This document shows positions 1 through 10,222 of a stretch of 64,000 nucleotides of DNA, in pieces (the first letter of the stretch is position 1; each line of letters opens with the position of its first letter). A program made the position numbers and the translations under genes. The stretch lies in assembly GCA_035502015.1 (NCBI GenBank), contig DATJVA010000001.1, positions 676-64,675 of the forward strand, in the 5' to 3' direction. Origin of the DNA: Thermoplasmata archaeon (GTDB lineage Archaea; Thermoplasmatota; Thermoplasmata; Lutacidiplasmatales; UBA184). Under the pieces are notes generated by a model. That model was not told where the DNA came from and searched no databases. It worked only from the letters and a program-made list of their open reading frames with translations.

Positions 1-979
1 GGACCCGAACGAGTTCGCGAAGGTCCTCGAGACGACGCCGTACGCCGACGACCTCGCCCGGGTCCGTGCGACCCACTCGGACGTCTCGCTCGTAGAGCTC
101 GCGATCAACCGCACGTTCGTTCGCCGCAACCGCCGGGCGTTCGAGTCGACCCCGTTCGCGGGGCGCGGTGTGGTCGGGGCGTATCTCGGACGTTGGGACA
201 TCCAGAACATCGAGATGATCCTCACCGCGAAAGCCCAGGGTAGGAGCGTCACCGAGACCGAGGACCACCTGGTCTCGAGCCGCGAGATCCCCGCCGGCCT
301 CTATGCCGGCGCGATGAACCTAGACGACTTCCGCATCCTTCTGAGCCAGCCCACGCTCGAAGCGATGGTCACTTCCCTCGTCAAGTACGGTTACGGAACG
401 ACGATCCTTCCGTTCCTCGAGCCGTTCGAGCGGACCCACAACATCTTCCCGATCCTGGTCGCGCTCGACAAGGAGTACTACCGTAACGTCGTCAGCCAGG
501 CGCGCTTCTTCCAGGGCGACGAGTGGGTCGTCCGGGGCCTCGTCCAGAGCGAGGTCGACGCTCGGAACGCTCTCCTGCTCCTGAAAGGGAAGGACCGCCG
601 CCTCGCGATGGACGACATCCTCCCCCGGTGGATCGACGGCGGCACGATGACGAGCGCGCAGGCGTCCGACCTCTTCTCGGCCCGAACGGTTCCCGAGCTC
701 GCCGACCGTCTCTCCTCCCGTTTCCCCTCGATCGGGGAGGGGACGAGCGAGTACGCGAGCGCCGACAGCCTGACGGGCTACGAGGTGGCGATCGAGCGCG
801 AGCGGGCGAGCACCGAGCTGAAGCGCCTGAGGACCTACCCGCTCTCCCTCAGCGTGATCTTCGCCTACCTGCTCCGTAACGAAGTGGAGCGAAGCGACCT
901 TCGCCGCGCGGTGTTCGGGCGCCTCTACGGCGTCCCGGCGGAGCGGCTCGCGCCCCTCCTTGTTTCCCCTCGGCTCTGA
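1..979 (+). CDS. atpC: A/V-type ATP synthase subunit C (5'-truncated by window edge)
   Basis: Open frame from position 2 (DPNEFAKVLETTPYADDL...); WDIQNIEMILTAK, LDKEYY, EVDARN and AYLLRNEVERSDLR segments typical of the vATP-synt AC39/C family; adjacent to the other ATPase genes. Confidence 0.9.
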   Translation, partial: DPNEFAKVLETTPYADDLARVRATHSDVSLVELAINRTFVRRNRRAFESTPFAGRGVVGAYLGRWDIQNIEMILTAKAQGRSVTETEDHLVSSREIPAGLYAGAMNLDDFRILLSQPTLEAMVTSLVKYGYGTTILPFLEPFERTHNIFPILVALDKEYYRNVVSQARFFQGDEWVVRGLVQSEVDARNALLLLKGKDRRLAMDDILPRWIDGGTMTSAQASDLFSARTVPELADRLSSRFPSIGEGTSEYASADSLTGYEVAIERERASTELKRLRTYPLSLSVIFAYLLRNEVERSDLRRAVFGRLYGVPAERLAPLLVSPRL

Positions 980-991
980 CCGGGGCGGGGA

Positions 992-2986
992 TCAGACCCC
1001 GGATTCCCGCATGATCGGTCCCGCGGGGGCCGCGCTCTCGTCCGCGAGAGGAGAGACCGTGCGGCTCCGGGCGGCACCGAACGGACGGAACACTTTGCCG
1101 TTGCCGCTGTAGAACTTCGAGAAGTACTCGACGAAGATCAGCCGCGCCCCCTGGATCCCGGGCTCGAACACCCCGATGATGACGTTGAAGCTCTGGCCGA
1201 CCACGATGATGACGAGGCCGGCGACGATCCCCACGACCGTGCCGCCGAGCACGAGGCCGCTGCCGATCTGGTTGATGACGAGAGCGAGGATGACGCTCGC
1301 GAGCAGGATGCCGACCAGTCGCGTGTAGGAGAGGATGTGGCTCACGACCTCGATGAGCCCCATCATTCCCATCTGGAGCCCCTCGCCGAGGAGCAACATC
1401 GCGAGTCCCACTCCGAGGCAGGCGTACCAGAGGACGATCAGCGGGTCCGCCGAGACCGAGGTGGCGCGGTGGATGACCGCGAGGCCGAAGAAGGCGACCC
1501 CGAAGGCGAAGATGATCCCGCCCGACTTCGCCACCACGCCGCGCTTGTGGTGGTGGAAGTACTCCTTGAGCGCCCCCATCAGGAAGCCGAGAACGACCAT
1601 CCCGAGCCCGACGTAGCCGGCGAAGAGGAGGTACGTCGGCACGGTCTTCTCGATCTCGATCCCCTTGAAGTGGAACAGCGGCGTGAGCAGGTGATAGCCG
1701 AAGAACTCGTTGGTGACGACCCCGAGCCCGATCGCGAGCAGGCAACCGGGGATGAGCGCGTAGGCGAGCTGCTGCATCCCTTTCGGTCCCATGATCATCT
1801 TGACGAAGTTGCGGCCGAACTTCGGGAGATGGGCGGCGCCCGGGAACCCGGCGATCATCCAGAGCGAGATCAGCAGGATGACGAGTCCGTAGCCCCAGTC
1901 GCTCAGCATGAACCCGAAGAAGATCGGGAAGGCGATCGCGAAGACGGTGGTCGGGTCCCACTCGGTCGCCTGGGGGATCGAGTAGAACCGGACGAAGAAC
2001 TCGAACCGTCGGATCCCGCGGGGGTTCGACATCATCGTCGGCGGCTCCTCGTCCGTCGGGACACGGTAGAAGAACGTCCGGCCCCCGCTCTCGCGGTCGA
2101 TGACCGTCTGGAGGCGGGCCACGTCCCGCTCGGGAACCCACGCCTCGAGGGCGAACGCCGAGTGGCTCGCACCGAGCTTGGCCACGACCTCCGCCTTCCG
2201 GTTCTCGATCTCGAGCGCCTCGCCGATCGCGCTGACGAGCGGGTACCACTCCTTCGAGATCGCGAGCAGGCGAGAAGCGATCTCCGCACGTCGCTGGCGG
2301 GTGGTTTCCTGGCGCGCGCGGAGGGCCGCGAGCTCCTCGGAGACCGTCCCCGCGAGGCGCGGTACCGCCGTCAGTCGCACCCCCCTCGCTTGGGAGAGCC
2401 GCGCGAGCGCGTCCGCTCCGGTCGGCGGGATCAGGATGAGGAACCGGACGATGTCCCCCGACGGCCCGAGCAGCAAGTGAACGTCCGTCTCGGCCGGCAG
2501 GGAGGCGGCGAACGCCGTGTAGCTGTCGGCCGTCGCGGTGCCGTAGAAGGTGTGGAAGTTCTTCGAATCGAGGAACTCGAGTCGGTCGGGATAGAACGAG
2601 ATCTTCTCGAGCAGCTCGGCCGTCGAGGCAGCCGCCTTCTCCTCCGTGGCGAGCCGGTCATCCTCGCGCCGCAGCTCGCCGACCTCGTCGTCGATCGTGA
2701 CGGTCTTCGCCGCGGCGAGGATCTCGGCGACCGAGTCGAAGAGGTGCGGCGGGCCACCGTGGACCGGCGGCAGCGCCGCGAGGAGTCCGCGGAACCGCAG
2801 GGTCTCGTCCCCGACCTGGCGGAGCGTCTCGGGGCCGCGCTCGGGCCCGAGCTCGGCCATCGTGGGCGGAGAGAGCGGTTCGATCTGCGCCACTCGGAGG
2901 TCGTGGAGGACGGTGAGGATCCGCTCCTCGTCGTCCTTGAGGCCAAGGAGGCCGACCTTGGCCATCCGGACCGGACGTAGCGCCAC
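992..2986 (-). CDS. atpI: A/V-type ATP synthase subunit I (a)
   Basis: LRPVRMAKV N-terminus; EWDPT...FPIFFGFMLSDWGYG; SHILSYTRL (essential Arg); RLIFVEYFSKFY; GTG start with AGGAG upstream. Confidence 0.96.
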   Translation of the reverse strand: MALRPVRMAKVGLLGLKDDEERILTVLHDLRVAQIEPLSPPTMAELGPERGPETLRQVGDETLRFRGLLAALPPVHGGPPHLFDSVAEILAAAKTVTIDDEVGELRREDDRLATEEKAAASTAELLEKISFYPDRLEFLDSKNFHTFYGTATADSYTAFAASLPAETDVHLLLGPSGDIVRFLILIPPTGADALARLSQARGVRLTAVPRLAGTVSEELAALRARQETTRQRRAEIASRLLAISKEWYPLVSAIGEALEIENRKAEVVAKLGASHSAFALEAWVPERDVARLQTVIDRESGGRTFFYRVPTDEEPPTMMSNPRGIRRFEFFVRFYSIPQATEWDPTTVFAIAFPIFFGFMLSDWGYGLVILLISLWMIAGFPGAAHLPKFGRNFVKMIMGPKGMQQLAYALIPGCLLAIGLGVVTNEFFGYHLLTPLFHFKGIEIEKTVPTYLLFAGYVGLGMVVLGFLMGALKEYFHHHKRGVVAKSGGIIFAFGVAFFGLAVIHRATSVSADPLIVLWYACLGVGLAMLLLGEGLQMGMMGLIEVVSHILSYTRLVGILLASVILALVINQIGSGLVLGGTVVGIVAGLVIIVVGQSFNVIIGVFEPGIQGARLIFVEYFSKFYSGNGKVFRPFGAARSRTVSPLADESAAPAGPIMRESGV

Positions 2987-3013
2987 GAGAACCGCTCCTG
3001 ACCGACCTACGGA

Positions 3014-3373
3014 CTAATCCGACCCGAACGTGCCCAGGACGGCGGCGAGGATCTGGGTCTTCTTGTCGCTCGGACGTCGTCCCTCGCCGACCAGCGCCCG
3101 GTCGGCGGCCTTCTTGCCGTCCGCCAGGATCGCCGCGGCTTCCGTCTCGGTTTCGGTCCGGGCCTGGGTCACGCGGGCGACCCGGTCGCGGTCGGCCGCG
3201 GCCTGGGCCTCCTTCACGGCGGCGGCGGCCTCCGCGCGCAGCCGTGCGATCGACGCCTCGGCGTCCTGCCGTGCGGCCGCCAGGCGCGCATCCCATTCGT
3301 TCTCCGTCGCCTTCACTCGCTTGAGCGCCTCGACCGAGTCGGGCTCGGCCGCGCCGGACGTCGTCGTCGCCAT
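3014..3373 (-). CDS. atpH: A/V-type ATP synthase subunit H/G (peripheral stalk)
   Basis: Ala/Glu/Arg-rich coiled coil (EALKRVKATE...); located between D and I; ATG at 3373 preceded by GGAGGG (the ORF track start at 3457 is probably too long). Confidence 0.82.
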   Translation of the reverse strand: MATTTSGAAEPDSVEALKRVKATENEWDARLAAARQDAEASIARLRAEAAAAVKEAQAAADRDRVARVTQARTETETEAAAILADGKKAADRALVGEGRRPSDKKTQILAAVLGTFGSD

Positions 3374-3375
3374 CG

Positions 3376-3507
3376 TCAGGACCCTCCGAGGAATCTCAGG
3401 ACGAACCACAGCAGGACCGCGACCGCCGCGATCTTCACGGCGAGGCTCACGGCCCACACACCGGCGAACCGCCGGACCGCAGGGTTCGCGTTAGGCGGCG
3501 GCCGCAC
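3376..3507 (-). CDS. Small 43-aa membrane peptide inside the ATP synthase operon (not in the ORF track)
   Basis: Manual translation MRPPPNANPAVRRFAGVWAVSLAVKIAAVAVLLWFVLRFLGGS*; GGAGG 6 nt before the GTG; mostly G/C-ending codons; spans the atpD-atpH gap and stops 2 nt before the atpH ATG. Confidence 0.65.
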   Translation of the reverse strand: MRPPPNANPAVRRFAGVWAVSLAVKIAAVAVLLWFVLRFLGGS

Positions 3508-4135
3508 TTTCCGCCTCCTGCTCGATCTTCCGCTTCACCGTCTTCAGCATGCTGAACGAGTCGCGTTCCATCTCGTCGAACCGGAACTTGATGTATCGCA
3601 CGACCCCCTCGAGACGCGGGACGAGAACGTTCTCGATCGCGCTCGCGCGACGCTTCGTCTTCTCGATCTCTTTGAGGAGCCGGCGCAGCGAGTTCTCCTT
3701 CTCGGCGATGTCGAGGACGATCCCGTAGATCCGCTGGAACCGGCGGACCGATTCTTGCACCGAGATGGGGAGGTCGAGGAGGTCGGCGGTCGAGACGGGC
3801 GAGTAGCCGCCGCGGTCGACCTGAGGGGTCCGCACGCCCATGACGTTCTTGGTCGTCACCGCGACCGGCGCGATATCCGGGAGGAGCATCGAGATGTTCT
3901 CGAGTCGGGTCGGGCCCTCGAGCATCTCGGCCATTCGGATCGATTCGTATCCCCGCTCGACCCTCGCCTTGAGGTCGCCGCGCAGCTTCATCGCCTCGCG
4001 CGAGGCAGCGAAGAACTCGACGATCAGCGCCGAGCGCTTCAGCTTGAGGAGGTTGAGGCCCTTCTTCGCGACGACGATCCGTCGGCGCGTCCTCAGGAGC
4101 TCGAGGCGGGTCGGTCGGACGGTTTCGGCGGGCAT
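3491..4135 (-). CDS. atpD: A/V-type ATP synthase subunit D
   Basis: PTRLELL..RRR...KGLNLLKLKRSAL; EIEKTKRRASAIENVLVP; DEMERDSF. Confidence 0.97.
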   Translation of the reverse strand: MPAETVRPTRLELLRTRRRIVVAKKGLNLLKLKRSALIVEFFAASREAMKLRGDLKARVERGYESIRMAEMLEGPTRLENISMLLPDIAPVAVTTKNVMGVRTPQVDRGGYSPVSTADLLDLPISVQESVRRFQRIYGIVLDIAEKENSLRRLLKEIEKTKRRASAIENVLVPRLEGVVRYIKFRFDEMERDSFSMLKTVKRKIEQEAESAAAA

Positions 4136-4162
4136 CGGCGGCCTCTTCGCGCTCCCTCGTAC

Positions 4163-5596
4163 CTACGACGGCGGCGCGGTCCCCTTCTTCGGCCGGTACT
4201 TCTCGATGAACTCGGGGCGGATCCGCTTCAGCTCGGAGTCGGGGAAGTCGGAGAGGATATCCCACGCGAGCGCGAGGCTCTCGTCGATCGTCCGGTCCTC
4301 GTCCGGGCGCTGGTTGACGAACTCCGTCTCGAACCGGTCGGCCATCCTGAGGTAGAGGCGGTCGGTCGCGCTGAGCGCCTCCTCGCCGACGATCGCGGAG
4401 AGCGACCGCTGGTCCTTTCCCGTCGCGTACGCCGCGAACAGTTGGTCGGAGAGCCCGCGGTGATCCTCCCGCGTCCGTCCCTTGCCGATCCCCTGGCCCA
4501 TCAGTCGCGAAAGGGACGGCAGGATGTCGATCGGCGGGTAGATGCCGCGACGCTGGAGGTCACGGCTGACGTAGACCTGGCCCTCGGTGATGTACCCCGT
4601 CAGGTCGGGGATCGGGTGCGTCACGTCGTCCGCGGGCATCGTCAGGATCGGGATCTGCGTGATCGACCCCTTGCGCCCGTGGATCTTGCCCGCGCGCTCG
4701 TACAGGGTCGCGAGGTCGGTGTAGAGATACCCCGGGTACCCCCGGCGGCCCGGCACTTCCTCGCGCGCGGCCGAGACCTCGCGGAGCGCCTCGCAGTAGT
4801 TCGTCATGTCGGTCAGCACGACCAGGATGTGGAGGTCGCGCTCGTAGGCGAGGAACTCGGCGGCGGTGAGCGCCATGCGCGGCGTCACGACGCGCTCCAT
4901 CGACGGGTCGGAGGAGAGGTTCAGGAAGACGACCGCGCGCTCGAGCGCACCGGTCGACTCGAACTCTTTGAGGAAGAAGTTCGCCTCCTCGCTCGTGATC
5001 CCCATCGCGGCGAAGACCACGGCGAACCCCTCGGAAGAGTCCCGGAGCTTCGCCTGCCGGACGATCTGAGCCGCGATCTGATTGTGCGGAAGGCCCGCGC
5101 CCGAAAAGATCGGGAGCTTCTGGCCCCGAACGAGCGTGTTGTTGACGTCGATGGTCGAGATCCCGGTCTGGATGAACTCGCTCGGCTCCTCGCGCGAGTA
5201 CGGGTTCATCGCGCTCCCGACGATCTCGAGCTGCGTCTCGCTGACGATCCTCGGGCCGCCGTCCCTCGGCTCGCCGAGGCCCGTGAAGACGCGACCGAGC
5301 ATCTCGTCCGAGACGGGAAGCTTCGCGACCTCACCGAGGAACTTGACGCTCGTCTTCTCGAGATTGATTCCCATCGTCGCGCCGAACACCTGGACGATGG
5401 CGAGCCCCTTGCGGGAGTCGAGCACCTGGCCCTGGCGCCGCTCGCCGGTCGGCAGCTGGACCTCGACGATCTCTCCGTAGGCCGCGTTCGCGACGTCGCG
5501 GACGAACAGAAGCGGTCCTGCGACCCGGTCGATCGTGCGGTAGTCGACGGGCACGGCCGAAACATCTCCCGCCGAGGAGGTACCTTTCGCCGCCAT
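4163..5596 (-). CDS. atpB: A/V-type ATP synthase subunit B
   Basis: [60 protein letters not shown]. Confidence 0.98.
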   Translation of the reverse strand: MAAKGTSSAGDVSAVPVDYRTIDRVAGPLLFVRDVANAAYGEIVEVQLPTGERRQGQVLDSRKGLAIVQVFGATMGINLEKTSVKFLGEVAKLPVSDEMLGRVFTGLGEPRDGGPRIVSETQLEIVGSAMNPYSREEPSEFIQTGISTIDVNNTLVRGQKLPIFSGAGLPHNQIAAQIVRQAKLRDSSEGFAVVFAAMGITSEEANFFLKEFESTGALERAVVFLNLSSDPSMERVVTPRMALTAAEFLAYERDLHILVVLTDMTNYCEALREVSAAREEVPGRRGYPGYLYTDLATLYERAGKIHGRKGSITQIPILTMPADDVTHPIPDLTGYITEGQVYVSRDLQRRGIYPPIDILPSLSRLMGQGIGKGRTREDHRGLSDQLFAAYATGKDQRSLSAIVGEEALSATDRLYLRMADRFETEFVNQRPDEDRTIDESLALAWDILSDFPDSELKRIRPEFIEKYRPKKGTAPPS

Positions 5597-8500
5597 CAGC
5601 TGCTCCCGGCGGCCGTGAGCGCTCCGACCGCGAGCTCGGTCTCCCGCTCAAGATCGTCGAACTGCTTGTCCGCCTCCGCCTCGGGAATCCACTTCATGCG
5701 CGAGAGCTTCGTGCGGACCGGCATCTGCTGCAGGTTCGCGACCGTCACGCCCTTTGCGACGGCATCCTGTTCGAGGTCACCGAACTTGAGGATCATGCGC
5801 AGCATCTTCGCCTGCTTGCCGATCGATGTGTACGTGTCGACCTCGTCGTACGCGCTCTGCTGGAGGTAGTCCTCCCGTAGCATCCGCGAGACGTCGAGGA
5901 TCGCTTTCTCCCGCTCGGGAAGCGCATCGACGCCGACGAGCTGCACGATCTCCTGGAGCTCGGCCTCCTTCTGGAGCGTCTCGAGCGCTTTCTGGCGGAG
6001 CGCGGAGAAGTCCTTCGAGAGCGACTGGGAGTACCACGACTCCAAGTCGCGCGTGTAGAGCGAATAGCTCTGGAGCCAGTTGATCGACGGGAAGTGGCGC
6101 CGGGACGCGAGCGAGGCATCCAGCGCCCAGAAGACGCGGGCGATTCGGAGCGTGTTCTGGCTCACCGGCTCCGACGTGTCTCCGCCGGGAGGTGAGACGG
6201 CTCCTACCACGGTGATGGACCCGGTGCGCCCCTCGGGGGAGACCGTGACGACGCGGCCCGAGCGCTCGTAGAACTCGGCGACGCGTCGACCGAGGTACGC
6301 GGGATATCCTTCCTCTCCGGGCATCTCCTCGAGGCGCCCGGAGATCTCGCGCATCGCCTCGGCCCATCGACTGGTCGAGTCGGCCATCAGCGCGACGTCG
6401 TAACCCATGTCCCGGTAATACTCGGCGATAGTGATCCCGGTGTAGACACTCGCCTCGCGGGCGGCGACCGGCATGTTCGAGGTGTTCGCGATCAGCACCG
6501 TCCGTTCCATCAGCGGTCGGCCCGATTTTGGGTCCTGGAGCTTCGGGAACGTTGCCAGCACTTCCGCCATCTCGTTGCCGCGTTCGCCACAGCCGACGTA
6601 GACAACGATGTCCGAGTCGGCCCACTTCGCGAGCTGCTGTTGGGTGACGGTGTTGTGCAGGAGGATGGCGCCGAACCCCCCGACGAAGTTCGCCCCAAAT
6701 TCCGGCAGCGCGAAGTCGAAGACGTCGAACGGACCCACCTCTTCCCGCACCTCGACGACCTCGTCGCAGAAGACCCATTCCAGCATGTCGCGCAGCCGCG
6801 AGGCGGCGGGCTCGAGCGAGTCCAGCGACCCGAGGGCGCGGTACGGGTTGATGAAGCGCTGGAAGGTGTATGCTCCCATGCGCTCGCCGTTCCCGATATA
6901 GTTGTGGATCTCGATGCCGTCCTCGAGGAGCGCGGAGTAGGTGAAGTGGTCCCGATAGAGTCTCTCGATCGCGTCGGGAGAAAGAGGGACAACGTCGGTG
7001 GCCGTGTAGGACGTGCGCTTCGACTCGGTGTACTGCCGGATCGCCGCGAGCTTGGGATGGTCAGCGCCCACGGCGTCGTAGAGCTTGTCCAGATTGAAGA
7101 TGCCCCGTACGAAGAGGCGGAAGTAGGTCGTGCCGTCGACGACGCGCCGTCCCATCGAGCAGGTGATTCCGAACCGAGAAAGGGCGTACGCGAGCTCGGT
7201 CTGGAGCGCCCCGCTCTTCGTACAGAACTCGATCTCGCCTTGCGACAGCCCGCCGTCGCCGAGGTAGTACCCCCGGAGGAACCCGCCGAGGACGTCGTTG
7301 TCGGAAGCAAGAACCGCGCCCGGGATGCGTTTCTCGCCGGAATTCCTCCCGGACCCGAACCAGTCCATGAGGTGGACGAGCGAGGTGCTTGCCACGAGCA
7401 CGTTCGGAGTCTTGCCGGGGGTTCGCTCAACCTTGCCCTCGATTCCGAAGAGATTGCGGGTGAGGGCGAGGAAGCGGCTCAGAAGCATCTCGTCCGAGTT
7501 GGTGAACACCACGGTCCGGTTGCCGCGGATGTAGCCTTCGGAGGCGAAGAGCCCCAAGAACTCTCCGAGTTCCTCCGACATGGCGTCGGGAATCCGTAGG
7601 GCCTTCCCCTTTCGCTGAAGTTCCGGTGGCTGCGGTCGGAGCGCTCGGGTCCCGACGGGGCTCGGGGTTCGACGAACCGATGCGATGTAGTCTCCTGGTC
7701 GCAGGTCGCGGGCGGCCCTCTCCTGGAGCGCGCCGTCCGGGGTGAACGCGAAGAGTCGGTGCACCGGAGTGACGCGGACGCTCTTCCCCGAGCGCGTCCG
7801 CACGCGTACGAGAGTGTCGCTCTTTCCCCTGTAGGCGGTGTGGGAGCGGCTTCGGACGAGCGACCCGTTGACCAGCGAGAACAGTTCGATTGGCTGCCGG
7901 AGGTCGACCCACTCATCGGAACCCTCCGAGCGTACTTCGCCCCTCGCCCGGACGGAAGCGTACAGCGTCTCGATGCTGACGACTTCCCCGGTGCCGAGTA
8001 GGACTGGGGTCTCTCCTCCGACACACTTGCCCGACCCGAACGGCCCCGGAATGCAGGCGGTCCCCCCCTTGGCCACGGGATAGAACGTATCGATCACTCT
8101 CTGCCCGGTCACGAGCGGAATGTCGGGCGCGAGTTTCTGGGTGACCGGGCGAGGGATTCGGACGACCCACTTGTGGGAGAGATAGAGCGGGACCGTCCCG
8201 GTCGCCGTCGTGAGCGAGCCGATCGGGTCGCGGATCGTGTACTTGCCGCTCTTCAGGTCGGCCAGGGTCCCGCGGAGTCCGGGCGGCACTAGGATCTTGT
8301 GAACGATGAGCGCGGTCTCCTGGACCGTGCCGAGTATTGTCCCGGGGGTGACCTCCGTGCCGACCTTGGCGGTCGCGGAGAACTCCCAGACGGCCTTCTC
8401 GTCGAGCGGGGTCGCCGACGTTCCGCGGGTGATGAAGTCGCCCACGGACTTCTGGACGACGTCGAGCGGGCGCTGGATCCCGTCGTAGATCGACTTCAGG

Positions 8501-8733
8501 AGCCCCGGCCCGAGCTCGACGCTGAGCGCTTGGCCGGTGCTCTCGACCGGGTCGCCCGGCCGGATACCGGTAGTGTCCTCGTAGACCTGAACGGTGGCCG
8601 TCCCCTCCACGAGGCGGATGATCTCTCCGACGAGGCCCAGCGTCCCCACGCGGACGACGTCGTACATCTTCGCATCGACCAATCCCTCGGCGATGACCAC
8701 GGGGCCGGAAACTCGTGCTACCGATCCTGCCAT
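5596..8733 (-). CDS. atpA: A/V-type ATP synthase catalytic subunit A, intein-containing
   Basis: P-loop GPFGSGK|T interrupted by the intein; [27 protein letters not shown]; exteins total about 587 aa from ATG 8733 (alternative GTG at 8772). Confidence 0.97.
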   Translation of the reverse strand: MAGSVARVSGPVVIAEGLVDAKMYDVVRVGTLGLVGEIIRLVEGTATVQVYEDTTGIRPGDPVESTGQALSVELGPGLLKSIYDGIQRPLDVVQKSVGDFITRGTSATPLDEKAVWEFSATAKVGTEVTPGTILGTVQETALIVHKILVPPGLRGTLADLKSGKYTIRDPIGSLTTATGTVPLYLSHKWVVRIPRPVTQKLAPDIPLVTGQRVIDTFYPVAKGGTACIPGPFGSGKCVGGETPVLLGTGEVVSIETLYASVRARGEVRSEGSDEWVDLRQPIELFSLVNGSLVRSRSHTAYRGKSDTLVRVRTRSGKSVRVTPVHRLFAFTPDGALQERAARDLRPGDYIASVRRTPSPVGTRALRPQPPELQRKGKALRIPDAMSEELGEFLGLFASEGYIRGNRTVVFTNSDEMLLSRFLALTRNLFGIEGKVERTPGKTPNVLVASTSLVHLMDWFGSGRNSGEKRIPGAVLASDNDVLGGFLRGYYLGDGGLSQGEIEFCTKSGALQTELAYALSRFGITCSMGRRVVDGTTYFRLFVRGIFNLDKLYDAVGADHPKLAAIRQYTESKRTSYTATDVVPLSPDAIERLYRDHFTYSALLEDGIEIHNYIGNGERMGAYTFQRFINPYRALGSLDSLEPAASRLRDMLEWVFCDEVVEVREEVGPFDVFDFALPEFGANFVGGFGAILLHNTVTQQQLAKWADSDIVVYVGCGERGNEMAEVLATFPKLQDPKSGRPLMERTVLIANTSNMPVAAREASVYTGITIAEYYRDMGYDVALMADSTSRWAEAMREISGRLEEMPGEEGYPAYLGRRVAEFYERSGRVVTVSPEGRTGSITVVGAVSPPGGDTSEPVSQNTLRIARVFWALDASLASRRHFPSINWLQSYSLYTRDLESWYSQSLSKDFSALRQKALETLQKEAELQEIVQLVGVDALPEREKAILDVSRMLREDYLQQSAYDEVDTYTSIGKQAKMLRMILKFGDLEQDAVAKGVTVANLQQMPVRTKLSRMKWIPEAEADKQFDDLERETELAVGALTAAGSS
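6652..8025 (-). mobile_element. Intein (458 aa) with LAGLIDADG homing endonuclease in the AtpA P-loop (VMA-b-type site)
   Basis: Starts at Cys ([10 protein letters not shown]); block [18 protein letters not shown]-like FLGLFASEG and [10 protein letters not shown]; block F VFDF; ends LLHN|T with a Thr +1 nucleophile. Confidence 0.95.
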
Positions 8734-8774
8734 GTTCTTCCCTTCGCTCGATTCGAGTGATTCGTAAGACACGT

Positions 8775-9110
8775 CTACGTCGCGACCGAGAGCGTCACGC
8801 CCAGGACCCGCTTCGCAAGCGCCTCGATGCTCTCGACCTCGTATTCACCGCTCGGAGTGGGAACGAAGACGACGAGCGGGTGGAGGGAGGCGTCGGCGCT
8901 GGCGCGCTGGGACTCGGAGAGCTGCGCGCGGATCGATTGGGTCGCAATGACGAGCGAGAAACCGCCTGCCATCGCCCTTTCGAACTCCGAAACCGCGTTG
9001 TCCGGCGTGACCTCGACGACGTCCTTGAGGCCGATCAGGCGGAACCCGATCGCGAGCTCCCGCTCGCCGACCACGATCGTACGCCCCGGCTCTTTCGGCG
9101 TCTCGGGCAC
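8775..9110 (-). CDS. atpF: A/V-type ATP synthase subunit F
   Basis: IVVGERELAIGFRLIG; PLVVFVP; LAKRVLGV; immediately upstream of atpA. Confidence 0.93.
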   Translation of the reverse strand: MPETPKEPGRTIVVGERELAIGFRLIGLKDVVEVTPDNAVSEFERAMAGGFSLVIATQSIRAQLSESQRASADASLHPLVVFVPTPSGEYEVESIEALAKRVLGVTLSVAT

Positions 9111-9134
9111 GGTAGCGTCGGCGGAGCCCCAGCG

Positions 9135-9141
9135 TATTTAA
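9135..9141 (-). promoter_or_regulatory. Putative TATA box for the atpF-A-B-D-(sORF)-H-I transcript
   Basis: TTAAATA on the minus strand about 25 nt before the atpF GTG; overlaps the TAA stop of the upstream gene. Confidence 0.55.
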
Positions 9142-9767
9142 GGCCTACCGGAGGCGCGCTGACGGTGGACCGGTCGAGGAGCCACTTCCCCCGGAAGTAG
9201 GAGCGCCGGAGGGACGGTTTCCCGAACGCACGCGTCGATCAATGAGGCGAACCGACGCTCTCGGGTCTCGGGGCGGACGGCGCTCATCACCCAGAACGTT
9301 GCCCGCTTTCGGAACCCCCGGTTCCGAGACCGGAAGAACCGGTCCGCGGGGGCGTTCGCCCGAAGGCGTGCCGAGAATGCCGGAGAGAAGCGGTAGGTGC
9401 CCCCGCTCGTGAACTGCCGGGGTTGATGGGTCGGGCGCTGCTCGAACGCGCGACGTCCCGACGGGCGGACCCGACCCGCCCGGTCGAGCTCGGCGAACCG
9501 TCGCCGGTTCACCTCGCTCCAGTTGCTCCCCGGTCGGCGGGGCGTGAAGCGGTTCGCGTAGCGGTCGTCGTCGATCCGGCGAATGGTGGTGTCGATCCAT
9601 CCGAAGCAGAGCGCCTCGTCGACCGCCTCGGGGTAGACCACTCCCCGGCGGTCGGTGTGCGCCTTGTAGAACCCGACCCAGAGCTCGTTCGCTTCGGCGT
9701 GGTGGGCCTCAAACCACGCGCGGAGCTCGCTCGGGGAATCGAAGAAGCGAGCGGGTACGACCGACAT
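9138..9767 (-). CDS. YdeI/OmpD-associated family protein
   Basis: FFDSPSELRAWFEAHH...YPEAVDEALCFGWID...RFTPRRPGSNWSEVN...SAVRPETRERR; ATG at 9767. Confidence 0.88.
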   Translation of the reverse strand: MSVVPARFFDSPSELRAWFEAHHAEANELWVGFYKAHTDRRGVVYPEAVDEALCFGWIDTTIRRIDDDRYANRFTPRRPGSNWSEVNRRRFAELDRAGRVRPSGRRAFEQRPTHQPRQFTSGGTYRFSPAFSARLRANAPADRFFRSRNRGFRKRATFWVMSAVRPETRERRFASLIDACVRETVPPALLLPGEVAPRPVHRQRASGRP

Positions 9768-9778
9768 CGTCGGGGCGG

Positions 9779-10057
9779 TTACTTGTAGACCGAGAAGTGG
9801 ACGTGGTTCTCGTCGTCGGTGATCAGGATGCACTCGCCTTCGCACTCGAAGAGACACGCCTCGCAGACGATGCATTCCGGGCCGTTCACCGCGAGCGACT
9901 TCTCGCCCCGGAACTGGAACTTCGCCCCGACCGCGGGGTCGTCGACCACGTCCGGGACCTGGTCGCGGGGACGAAGGTCGAAGACGTTCACCGGGCAGAC
10001 GTCCTTGCAATGCGAGCAGCCCGTGCACTTGGCGATGTCGATGTCGACTTGGACCAT
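9779..10057 (-). CDS. Dicluster [4Fe-4S] ferredoxin
   Basis: CTGCSHCKDVCP and CIVCEACLFEC motifs. Confidence 0.9.
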   Translation of the reverse strand: MVQVDIDIAKCTGCSHCKDVCPVNVFDLRPRDQVPDVVDDPAVGAKFQFRGEKSLAVNGPECIVCEACLFECEGECILITDDENHVHFSVYK

Positions 10058-10222
10058 CGGTCGCCTCTGGGCCCGCCGGGGCGGGGCGGACTATTAGGGT
10101 TTTCCCGCCGCCGGTATCGGCTTTTCCAGGGCCCGCGCAGTCCGTTCCAGCCCCTTCCCGAGCCCCTTCCTATCGAGCGCAATCTTTACCGGGCCGGACG
10201 ACGTTCCGGTGGGCAGCAGCGG

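Noticed and set aside
10149..10170. Direct repeat AGCCCCTTCC x2 in the ferredoxin/DUF72 divergent gap
   Set aside because: Short and low-complexity; no further support for a regulatory role
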